Virus record (IMG/VR): IMGVR_UViG_3300009108_000751
Location: 62,001-126,000 of that record
Length of the DNA stretch: 64,000 bases
Direction: 5' to 3' (one strand)
In this document: positions 28,895 through 38,200 of the stretch, in pieces
Layout of the letters: each line of letters starts with the position of its first letter
Numbering within the stretch: position 1 is the first letter of the stretch
The notes under the pieces: generated by a model
Database searches by the model: none
What the model was told of the DNA's origin: nothing
Seen by the model: the letters and a program-made list of their open reading frames with translations, nothing else
Made by a program: the position numbers and the translations under genes

Positions 28895-31135
28895 ATGGCT
28901 ACAACAAAATTAACTGGACGCCAGTTAAATTTCCAAGGTGCTGCAGCCTTCACAGGTTCAAACGGCGCTGCTAACGGAATCATTTTTGACAACGGTGCAG
29001 GACTCGTCCTGTCAGCATCACGTGTCTATCTGGGTCAAGCACCTGCAGATAACCTAGAAGCTGCAACCAAGGCATACGTCGATTCCGTCGCTGGTGGCGG
29101 TGTCACAGCAAATCAAATTGCTTTCGGTAACAGTGACGGCTCAGGTGTTTCATCTGATGGGGGCTTGGTGTATAACCCAAATACAGATATTGTGGGCGTT
29201 TCTGGCTCGATTATGTTCGGTGCCGGCACAACTGCCAACTTCATCTACGGGTCACAAACTGACGGATTACGTCTTTCAGGTTCCAAGGTTGATGTAACAT
29301 CAGCTGCAGGCGTCGCCGTTGCCTCAACAACGTTCGATGTAAACGCATCTGGCAATGTTACAGTCGACTCTTCAGCTGGTACAATCAGCATTGGTGCCGA
29401 CGACGTCGACCAAAATATCAACATTGGTACTGACGGTACGCGTACTATCACTATCGGTGAAGCTGCTGACAGTACGTTAACGCTTAAGTCACTGGGTGGA
29501 ACATTCAGTCTTGATGGAACGGGTCAACTGGTTGATCTTAACTCCGCAGCACTTGATATTGATGCTACCGGCGCGATCACTATTGATGGCACAAGCACGT
29601 TCTCAATTGATGGTGTCGGCGCGTCTAACGTAACAACAAACGGTGCATTGACATTGTCAGGTTCAACGGGATTAAATCTCAAGAACGATTCCGGCACAAT
29701 AGATATGGACAGTCGACAAGGTGCAATCGACATTGACGCTGCTACAACTATCGACATCGATGGTGCAACCGGCATTAATATCGGTAAAGCAGCTGACGTT
29801 GCTATTGATGTTGATTCTGCTGCTTTCGATCTGGACGCGTCCGGCGCGATCACGATTGATGGTACTAGCACAGTCTCCATCGACGGTGCTGATGATATGA
29901 ACTTCTCGATCGCTACTGGCGGTAGTGATGCCAAGGACTTAACTATTGCCTCTACGGGCGGTGGCAATTCTAGTGTCTTGCTTTCATCCGCTGGTACTGG
30001 TGCCGACGCTATGTCTCTTGACGTTAGTGCTGGTTCAATGGTCATTGCTCCGTCGCTCGCCGACGGTCAGACGCTAAAGCTTGGTAAGAACGGTGCAGTT
30101 GAGATGGTGTTTACACCTCACAGTGTAGCTGGCAGTGAGAAGTGGTCCTTGACCAATACTGCTGGTACTGCATCGGATGCCATTGCGCTTTCAGCTACAG
30201 CAGGTGGATTTGCACTCGACGCAGTTCAGGCTTCAACCATCACTCTTGCTTCGGCAGGTGATGCTGATGACTTAACGATCGCAGTGACAGGTGCGAATGA
30301 TGCAAGCCTCTTGCTTACATCCGCTGGTACAGGTGCTGATGCTATTAGCCTCACGACCTCTGCTGGTGGTATGGATCTCACAGTTGCTGGTGCAGCTGCG
30401 GGTGAGGATTTGGACATCGTGGCGAATAGCTCCGTTAACATTAGCGCAGCTGAGGATGCTGCAGACGCGGTCTCGATCAGCGCTACGGGCGGTGGTATTA
30501 ATATCACCTCCTCCGGCGCTACGGCAGGTGATGACATTGATATTACTGCAGTTACCTCGGTTAACATCGAGGGGCAAGAGGCAGATGGCAATGCTGTCGT
30601 TATTAATGCGTCTCATGCTTCGGGTCAGGTCAACATTCGAATCGGGGGTGGCACCGCGTTTTACGCTGACAGCGGCGGAAACAACTTCCACGCCAACTTC
30701 GGCATCCAAAATGCCGGTGTCTTTGTCAGTTCGGGATCAGCGGCCGTCATCCTTCCAAACTACATTCACAACAGTGCTGTGGTGACATCCGGAGCGAGCG
30801 CGAAGGAACAATATGGTACAGTGACTGCCGGCAGTGGACTCGCTGATACGACTCCAACCGGCGGCTCGGGGGATATTGGTATCTCGCTTATGACGGGTAG
30901 CCTTCGTGTTCTTGGGTCAAACTTCATGGGTCAAGGTTCAACGAATCTTCTTCCGGAGTCGCTTCGTGTCTACCAGAACGGTCTACTGTTGGCCTCTGGT
31001 GCAGCGAACGACTACACGATCGCACAATATACATTCACTTCCGGCTCTAAAGTCGGCTTTGATGTGAAGTTGTACACAGCTCCGGTTGTGGGTGACGTGT
31101 TCCAGGTTGATGTTTCTGCCAAAGCCCAGGGTTAA
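28895..31135 (+). CDS. A/D/G/S/T-rich repetitive beta-solenoid/fibre-like virion protein, 746 aa
   Basis: Repeats (L/F)D(I/L)DA(T/S)GAITIDGTST(F/V)SIDG x2 and LTIAxTGxxxxSxLLxSAGTGADA x2; C-terminal RVYQNGLLLASGAANDYT domain; strong RBS and downstream terminator. Confidence 0.6.
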   Translation: MATTKLTGRQLNFQGAAAFTGSNGAANGIIFDNGAGLVLSASRVYLGQAPADNLEAATKAYVDSVAGGGVTANQIAFGNSDGSGVSSDGGLVYNPNTDIVGVSGSIMFGAGTTANFIYGSQTDGLRLSGSKVDVTSAAGVAVASTTFDVNASGNVTVDSSAGTISIGADDVDQNINIGTDGTRTITIGEAADSTLTLKSLGGTFSLDGTGQLVDLNSAALDIDATGAITIDGTSTFSIDGVGASNVTTNGALTLSGSTGLNLKNDSGTIDMDSRQGAIDIDAATTIDIDGATGINIGKAADVAIDVDSAAFDLDASGAITIDGTSTVSIDGADDMNFSIATGGSDAKDLTIASTGGGNSSVLLSSAGTGADAMSLDVSAGSMVIAPSLADGQTLKLGKNGAVEMVFTPHSVAGSEKWSLTNTAGTASDAIALSATAGGFALDAVQASTITLASAGDADDLTIAVTGANDASLLLTSAGTGADAISLTTSAGGMDLTVAGAAAGEDLDIVANSSVNISAAEDAADAVSISATGGGINITSSGATAGDDIDITAVTSVNIEGQEADGNAVVINASHASGQVNIRIGGGTAFYADSGGNNFHANFGIQNAGVFVSSGSAAVILPNYIHNSAVVTSGASAKEQYGTVTAGSGLADTTPTGGSGDIGISLMTGSLRVLGSNFMGQGSTNLLPESLRVYQNGLLLASGAANDYTIAQYTFTSGSKVGFDVKLYTAPVVGDVFQVDVSAKAQG

Positions 31136-31180
31136 TCCCTAGGGGTTGAGTAGTTGACATACTGATCTTTGTGATCAGGG

Positions 31181-31211
31181 AAAGGGGTCCGCTTCGGCGG
31201 GCCCCTTTTTT
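31181..31211 (+). terminator. Rho-independent terminator with C(UUCG)G tetraloop
   Basis: GGGGTCCGC-TTCG-GCGGGCCCC followed by TTTTTT. Confidence 0.92.
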
Positions 31212-31221
31212 ATTTGCTTGC

Positions 31222-31230
31222 ATATTTAAC
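31222..31230 (+). promoter_or_regulatory. Candidate late promoter ATATTTAAC
   Basis: Immediately after terminator, before ATG 31264. Confidence 0.6.
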
Positions 31231-31263
31231 ACCAGAACAGTCTTTCTTTTTAATGAAACACAC

Positions 31264-32235
31264 ATGTCAGGTATTCTAAACAGTAAACAGCGTTTTGTCG
31301 ACACAGTGATCACGGCCGAAGGCCGTCGCCAGCTAGCTAGTGGAGAGTTTAAGGTGGAGTTTGCCACCTTTTCTGATAGGGATATCTTCTACGGTAAAGA
31401 TGCTGTCAGTGGAACCATCGATCAATCCGCGATCATTCAGCTAGAAGCAGCGTCAAGTTCTCCGGGAGACATTATAACCCTTGAGACAAATCTGTTCGGA
31501 AATGTGGTTGCAGAGATCGTTGCAGGAGTCTCCTCATCTTTAGCAGATGGTGCACCCATCAGCATGATAGATGGAAAGATCGTCCAGTTTAATTCTGCTT
31601 CGAAAAACGCGATCACGGGTTCTGCCTATAGGGACATGACTAAGCTAATCCTCAATGCGGGAATCAATAACTTTAAAGAGCTCAGCACCATCTCTTCAAT
31701 TGATCCGCTCTTAGAAGATCAGGATTTTAAAATATCTCAGAATGAAGTTACTTTTCGAATAACGGCAGAAAACGTTGACGACTATTGCAGCCTTCCCGTT
31801 GCTGATATCTCTAGGGACGCCGAAAGCGTGCACCAGGATAGGCACTTATCGCACCTAGAAAATTATCGATACTTACCTCCTCGAAACAAGCCGACTCCAA
31901 CTGATCCGAGGGGCAGAATCTTATTTGACTATGCTAATAACAGTCAGGCTGACATAATTACCCGTGAGGATTACGAGAATGAAGTGAGATTCTTACCGAA
32001 GGCTGAGATTGAGTTTACCAATTCGTCAATGGAAAACAACGTTGTAGCACAACTCTATGAAACCTCAGGCGACCAGCTAACTCAGCTTCGTGCAATAGAC
32101 TTTGGAGAGTTTGCAACAGGTGATTCTGAAAGACCTACAAAGCGCGTTTATTTTGTTGGCAAGCTTTATCCTTCAACTAAAGATAAATTTGGAAACTTGA
32201 CGTATGTTAATATGTTTACTTTGGAGTTTGATTAG
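31264..32235 (+). CDS. Baseplate/tail-collar-related protein (true start ATG 31264); paralog of 41931 gene
   Basis: VDTVITAEGRRQLASGEFKVEFATFSD aligns with LDAVLTNEGRRRLAANDGSFRVVAFSLGD; the ORF-track start at 31171 runs through the terminator. Confidence 0.65.
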   Translation: MSGILNSKQRFVDTVITAEGRRQLASGEFKVEFATFSDRDIFYGKDAVSGTIDQSAIIQLEAASSSPGDIITLETNLFGNVVAEIVAGVSSSLADGAPISMIDGKIVQFNSASKNAITGSAYRDMTKLILNAGINNFKELSTISSIDPLLEDQDFKISQNEVTFRITAENVDDYCSLPVADISRDAESVHQDRHLSHLENYRYLPPRNKPTPTDPRGRILFDYANNSQADIITREDYENEVRFLPKAEIEFTNSSMENNVVAQLYETSGDQLTQLRAIDFGEFATGDSERPTKRVYFVGKLYPSTKDKFGNLTYVNMFTLEFD

Positions 32236-32237
32236 GG

Positions 32238-35216
32238 ATGTATAACTTACTTCAAAGTAGACCCATTATCAGGGGCAATCAAAGAACATCTCCTGTTAAT
32301 GCCGGGGATATTGTCGTAACAGAGTACTTTGATTTTTCTCAGATAACTAAGGTACGAACTATTCGCCGCCTAAACAGATCAGAGAAATTTATTGCCACGC
32401 TTACTCTTAACTTTTTACTTGACCTAGCTGCTATACAGCGTCTGCAGTCTCACGTAGGCAAAGATGCAGCTATCCTTGATATACGCCTCGTCAATAGTTC
32501 TAACATGCCCAAGGATTCAGCGACCATCGCCGCTGCATCTATTAATTTTTCCCATTTTGTACCAAAAGAACCCACAGATGGTATTCAACCAGTTAGTCTC
32601 GATCTAGAAGTTGATTCTACTAAGGTAAAAGCCCCCGGTTACGACCTCTACCAACCAGGGGATTTTGGTAATGTTGCACAAGATCTTGAGTTTGTTTTTA
32701 CGATCCTTAGATCCTCAGGGGAAGAAGGTGACAAGATCGGCCCCCCAATTCCAGGGGTTTCTTTTTCAAAGCCCTATGACATGGACGAAGATCTAGATGC
32801 TTATTATATCGCTAGACATCCCGTAAAGATCACTGCTGCAGCGACCTCTTATGACCAGACTTTAGTTACACTTTATAAATCGGCTACTTGCAATGCAGAG
32901 TCTGCTGCAGTATTCAGGAGGGTAATATCTCCTGACGGTGAACCCAGCAGCTTTCAATTCGTAACCAATGTTGACTTTTCGGGAGAGAACGATACTTTAA
33001 TTGACGAGAGCTATACAGTTTCCTTTGTCGATGGCAACCCAACATCAAATCCAGATGTACCTTTCGGAGTAATTGATAACACTTTTGCGTACCAATATCG
33101 GGTAATTCCTATCGGGCAGAGGAAGGCCCCGTCTTACGTTTACAGAGATTCTTTCACGACGCCAATAACTCAAGCCAGTGTCTCTATCGGTGACAATTTT
33201 AGAATTCTTCCTGTTTTTGCTCGAGGTGTACACCCGAGAAACGGAGCTGCAGACGTAATAGGTTACCAGCTCACAGATGATAATTTTTTATCACCAAGTG
33301 CCCCAATGGTGAAGTCAACTTCAGATCTAGCTATTGTCTCTTACAGGGCACCTGATTCTGTTGGAGGAATAACAGTTGTTGTGTCGGGCAGAAAGAATAG
33401 CCAGACACCCGCTGCAATCGATTTTGTCAGAAGAGATTTGTCGAAGAACGAACTAAGATTTACACTTATTAGCACTGTCACTAATTCAACACAAAACTCA
33501 CGTCAAATGATCCCAGGCGGCCTCCGGGAAGGTGAACGATTTACGCTAAGCTATGATGATACGAACGTAGTCGATGGGCACACTTACGAATATGCAGTTA
33601 GGACTTATACACGTTCAGGCATAACTCAGCTGTCAGAAGACAAGACTAATGCAACTTACTTTGATCCTAGGCTCCTCGGATCGGAAGACCTTAGCCTAGA
33701 AGTTACCTCATCTCCTTCGCTGGATGATAGCGGTAATGCAGTAATTGATTTCGATGTATTTGTTCCGCAAAATGTTATTTCTCTTCTCGAGTCCCTTCTG
33801 AATAATCGCATAGGTGATCGAGAATCTCCCTTTGCACAAGATATCATTAATCAAAGAAGAAACTTGTCGCCCCAGCCTGTACCTGTCATTAGGCGTCTCA
33901 ATCTAGTGACAGGCGAAGAAGTCTCTTTTAAGCTAATGGGCAGTACAGCTAAAATGTTTGATCTAACTGATAGCGGCACCGCTAACACAACACAGAATAG
34001 GTTTTCTTATCGATTCACAGACGATTCGGTTTCACCTGGAGGCGAATATCAATATGAAGTCTTAGTTAATTTGCGTGACCCGCTTAGCGTGACTGATGAG
34101 ATAACTTCTGTAGTTGAGAGAACTCGACAACCGTACTTGTTTCAATCTTGCAAGATACACAACCCGCTATTTGTCAAGAGGGGAATTCTTCCCCCGACAG
34201 AAAGAGGACAAAATAAAATTCTACAAAGAAATATCAACACAGGAAGAGATCGACTCTTGAATCTGCTAACACCGGCAGATACATGGGATCTGGGAAGAAC
34301 TAGTTTACATAGCCTGGTGCCCAATTCTCCTCTCGTCATCCCGGAGACGGGAACAGATATTAGTAGCCCGAAAGTTCAGACTACAAAAATAGGAGAAGCA
34401 ACAGTAACCTGGAGCATCAAGGGAAGAAATTCTGATATCGACCACTTTAGCGTCTTTGCAATCGATGCATATGAGGATAATGAAAGAAATATATTGACTA
34501 AAAAATCATTGGTTGCTAACATTCCTGCACAATTAGGGTACAATTTTATTGTGGCCAGCAAGATGCCCAGGCTCAAAGAGGAAGATCGACGACAATTTAC
34601 TCTCCCGCTAAGCATGACAATTGATATTCTCGATCTCCAGCGCTCGGTCGACCGACACGAAGTTTCTGTGAGTAGATCTTACCAGATTGTTACTGTAAAT
34701 TCAAAGGGCTCTATAAGCAACGTTAGTGAGACAGAAAAAACTGAGATCTGGAGTTCTAGACTGAAAAGATTCACCACAAATTCAGGTAGAGAACTAAAAT
34801 TTGTGACGCCGCCTGCTAACGTTTTTGAAGGGAAAGAAGCTCCCGGGAACGGTATGTCAATTCAAGATCAAGCTAGAGAATTTGCTGAAGCAAGACCTCG
34901 TGAAGGCGGCAATAAAGGTATCAATAATAATATGGTCCAATTCGACAATTATGTCGCAGGACAAAATAACAACGGCATGAGGGACGGAGCTCCTTACGCC
35001 CAAGATAATCGCAATATCGATAACAGAAGACAAGATAATAGAAATGCAAAGTTAGACCAGGATGCCCCTAGATTTGGGGCTAATTTACCCGGGATGAACC
35101 AGGCACCACCAGATCAGAATAAAAGAGGTGGTCCGCAAGTCTCACCCGGAGAGCTGGATAAGAATAGGAATGGCGGTCAAAAGGTTCAAGCAGGTAATTT
35201 CCGGTGGGGAGGCTAG
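32238..35216 (+). CDS. Large uncharacterised protein with FN3/Ig-like segments and N/Q/G-rich disordered C-tail
   Basis: SYDDTNVVDGHTYEYAV and FTDDSVSPGGEYQYEV resemble FN3 C-terminal strands; last ~120 aa low complexity. Confidence 0.55.
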   Translation: MYNLLQSRPIIRGNQRTSPVNAGDIVVTEYFDFSQITKVRTIRRLNRSEKFIATLTLNFLLDLAAIQRLQSHVGKDAAILDIRLVNSSNMPKDSATIAAASINFSHFVPKEPTDGIQPVSLDLEVDSTKVKAPGYDLYQPGDFGNVAQDLEFVFTILRSSGEEGDKIGPPIPGVSFSKPYDMDEDLDAYYIARHPVKITAAATSYDQTLVTLYKSATCNAESAAVFRRVISPDGEPSSFQFVTNVDFSGENDTLIDESYTVSFVDGNPTSNPDVPFGVIDNTFAYQYRVIPIGQRKAPSYVYRDSFTTPITQASVSIGDNFRILPVFARGVHPRNGAADVIGYQLTDDNFLSPSAPMVKSTSDLAIVSYRAPDSVGGITVVVSGRKNSQTPAAIDFVRRDLSKNELRFTLISTVTNSTQNSRQMIPGGLREGERFTLSYDDTNVVDGHTYEYAVRTYTRSGITQLSEDKTNATYFDPRLLGSEDLSLEVTSSPSLDDSGNAVIDFDVFVPQNVISLLESLLNNRIGDRESPFAQDIINQRRNLSPQPVPVIRRLNLVTGEEVSFKLMGSTAKMFDLTDSGTANTTQNRFSYRFTDDSVSPGGEYQYEVLVNLRDPLSVTDEITSVVERTRQPYLFQSCKIHNPLFVKRGILPPTERGQNKILQRNINTGRDRLLNLLTPADTWDLGRTSLHSLVPNSPLVIPETGTDISSPKVQTTKIGEATVTWSIKGRNSDIDHFSVFAIDAYEDNERNILTKKSLVANIPAQLGYNFIVASKMPRLKEEDRRQFTLPLSMTIDILDLQRSVDRHEVSVSRSYQIVTVNSKGSISNVSETEKTEIWSSRLKRFTTNSGRELKFVTPPANVFEGKEAPGNGMSIQDQAREFAEARPREGGNKGINNNMVQFDNYVAGQNNNGMRDGAPYAQDNRNIDNRRQDNRNAKLDQDAPRFGANLPGMNQAPPDQNKRGGPQVSPGELDKNRNGGQKVQAGNFRWGG

Positions 35217-35225
35217 GTAGCAAAA

Positions 35226-38200
35226 ATGGGTGGTAAAAATAACGCGGGAGTTCCAAAAGGCATCGGCAAAGGCGGGCATGGAAACCCACCTGTAGTCACC
35301 AATAAGCAGACTCAAAATAACAATAAAGGCGGAAAAGGCGCCGGCAAAGGCGGAGGCAAAGGCGCAGGTAAAGGCGGCGCCGGCGGCCAGGATGGTGAAG
35401 ATGCAAATAACGAAGTAGACGCCGACGCAATCGCCAATAACATGGCCCGCTTTCAAGCCGGAATGCAAGCCCAGGCCATAACAGATAGAAGTGATATTGC
35501 AAGAGGCGCACTGGCTAACCAGACAACCCAGTCCTCGCTATCTTTTGCACCTGAATTACAGGAACCCATAGCAGTTGATAAGCAAGATGGCATAAGCTTG
35601 GTGGAGCTTGATGGAAGTGAGTTCCCTGTTCACGAACGAGGAATCTCCATTCGGAAGCCTGAATTAGTCGCTGTGTTTAATTTTGAGCCCGTATTTTCAG
35701 GAAACAGAGTCCACGGCAATCCCGGGAATGCTGAGCGCCTCTTGACTGATGCAGGAAAATTTGTCGATGCACAAGTGAACGCCAGAAAGATAAGAATAAG
35801 TGACATTGAGGTGCTTTTCAACGAGCTCTCTGAAGATCCTGAAAGTCCGTCGGGAAAAATCACGCAAAATATGATTGAAATCTTGGAGGGGAAGATCAGC
35901 GAAGTCAACCAGGACTTTGCAACGATAGACTCTGCTTCTAAGAGCGTGAGCATGTTCTTGGACGCCTTGAATTTAAAGAATCCAAGTGAATCTATAGCTA
36001 AAAAATTCCTGGAGATTAGGAAGGCCAGGTTTGAGAGAAACCCGCTTCTTCTTCCTGACAAATTTATAAGAGAGATGGATTTTCGAACTATCTTAAAGAA
36101 AAATCATGGTTTTACCGATGAGCAAATTAACGCCTTTTCGTCTACTAAGCTTTTTCTCTATTTTCTTTACGACATCAGATCTCTTCTTATGGGCCCGATT
36201 GAGAACCCAAATTATCCACTTCCCTACAGGGGAATAGGAAAGCTAGCGGATCGTCGACTCAATGACATTCCAGAGGGACGCGATGTATTCTTACCCAGGA
36301 CACGCATTGGTGGCCATCCCAATTCTAAAACGCTTTTTGCAGTTCCTTTGATTGACGCTACAGACGGATATGGAAGAGGTGCATTTGGAAGCGGAATATG
36401 CTCCCTGAGTGTTGCCGGCTTGACCGACGAAGGCAACAAGACAAGCTTCCTGGGTCAAATCACTCAAAACAGAGATATTTCAAAGGTCGGCGTTCAGGCA
36501 ACTACGAAAGAATTGTATAACGCTACACTTGAAGGGGTAGGGGCCGGCCTCATCGCGTCCACAATATGCACTGATCTAGCATTCTCTTCTGCGCTGGGTA
36601 ATGATGAATTCGTCCAGGGCCTAAAGGCTTCATTCCCCGCCCGGTCTGTAACAACTCGCGTTGCTGATAGGATAGCGCCCGTCCTACCGTCAGTTGCGGG
36701 AACAATCCAGAACCAGGGCGGCGTTTCACTTCTAGCTTCTGACCGAACAACTTTGCTAGGAACGACGTTTTATGATGACCCGGGCGGTGAAGAAGGTACG
36801 ATCGACGCATCAAAACCTGTAAAGATTTTTGATCCTAGCGAACCAGGGCCCGTTGTGAACGGAGCCCAAAAGATACGCACAAATACCCCGTATAATAAGT
36901 TCTTGAAACCTGTCATAAATGCTTCAAACCAAAACCAGGCTGACTCTGGGGATAAGACTCTCAAAGGGTTTTTAGATCAAGTTCCTGGAACGTTCAATTC
37001 CGCCGCTGCAGCAATGGATTACATGTACGCCACAGATGATCCAATATTAAATCCGAGAGCATTATTAAAGAGAGTGCTAACAAACATTCGGAACAGAATA
37101 CCGGACCTTAACATAACCGGTCCTCTTGACCCAGATAAAAGCTTAACTTTGGGTCCTGCGATCGACTTTTGCTTGTTGTCACAAGGGTTCAAGGACGCAA
37201 CGATGAAAACCGAAATATCCATCCTGAACACCGGAATGGTCGGCTACAGCGGCCCCGGCAGTAGGGAATACCATGTGCATAAGACCAATGATCTTCTTAC
37301 CATGTTCCTGATCTCCTTGTCAAGAACATACTCAGGACAAGGAAAGTATTCCGGGGTTTTGCCTGTCGCAAACGAGCAGGAGACAGCGAATTTTTCTAGA
37401 ATTAACATGTTGCTAGCAAAGTACATTCATCTTAATCTGTTCAACGCATTCCGCGCGCCAAAGCATGAGCTTGCTGTAGCATCTGGTGACCTTGCAATCG
37501 AAAACGGCAGACAGGTCCGAATCAACCCTAAATTAGATTTCACTGAAAATATTAAAGCGTATCCTTCTCCGACTTTAGGCGTCACCAAGCCAGACTTTGA
37601 AGGAAAGTCCTTCTCACCGTCAAGAAACTCAGACGGCCTTAAATACACTAACTGGAAAGAGATACAGGCTAAGCTTAAGTACTATGAGGATAATGTAAAC
37701 ACACCTGGCGATGTGGATGACGGTGGCGTACGCCTCTACAAGATACCGCTGGGCCAACTTGTTGTCCTTTATGGGCACCTTGCCCCCAACACCCGAGGAG
37801 CCCAGTATGGTGCCGGCAACGCCGCCCCGCCGGCTTTACCATTTGGATCTCTCGTTGCCACCGATGCCAACAGCACCACACCAATCAGAAGATTCAAGGG
37901 GTTTGATGTTAAGTCGCGACTACAAAGAATTACAGGCGAAGCTTACGATAGATCCATATTCAAAGACATCATTGAAGACATGGATGTGCTCTTCGAGGCA
38001 GCCATTAGTAGGGGGCCTATAGTTGATGGAACTACGGGAAGAATGATATCGTCTGGCGTTGACCCGGCTTACTTAATTTCGCTTTTAATATCAATGTATG
38101 GGCACATAGTGTTTGATCTTTTGGGAATACACTTTATCCCCCAGGCTGCGCACTCAGGACGAGGAGATTCTCATACGGACGGCAGAAACTGGGCAATCCG

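Noticed and set aside
31171-31263. ORF-track start at 31171 for the 354-aa ORF
   Set aside because: The extension runs through the terminator hairpin and promoter-like motif; homology with the 41931 paralog starts near ATG 31264.
35325-35387. True histone or eukaryotic-virus origin of the window
   Set aside because: No histone fold follows, and SD sites, intrinsic terminators, gp55-like sigma and T4-like head genes indicate a bacteriophage; kept only as a low-interest coincidence.
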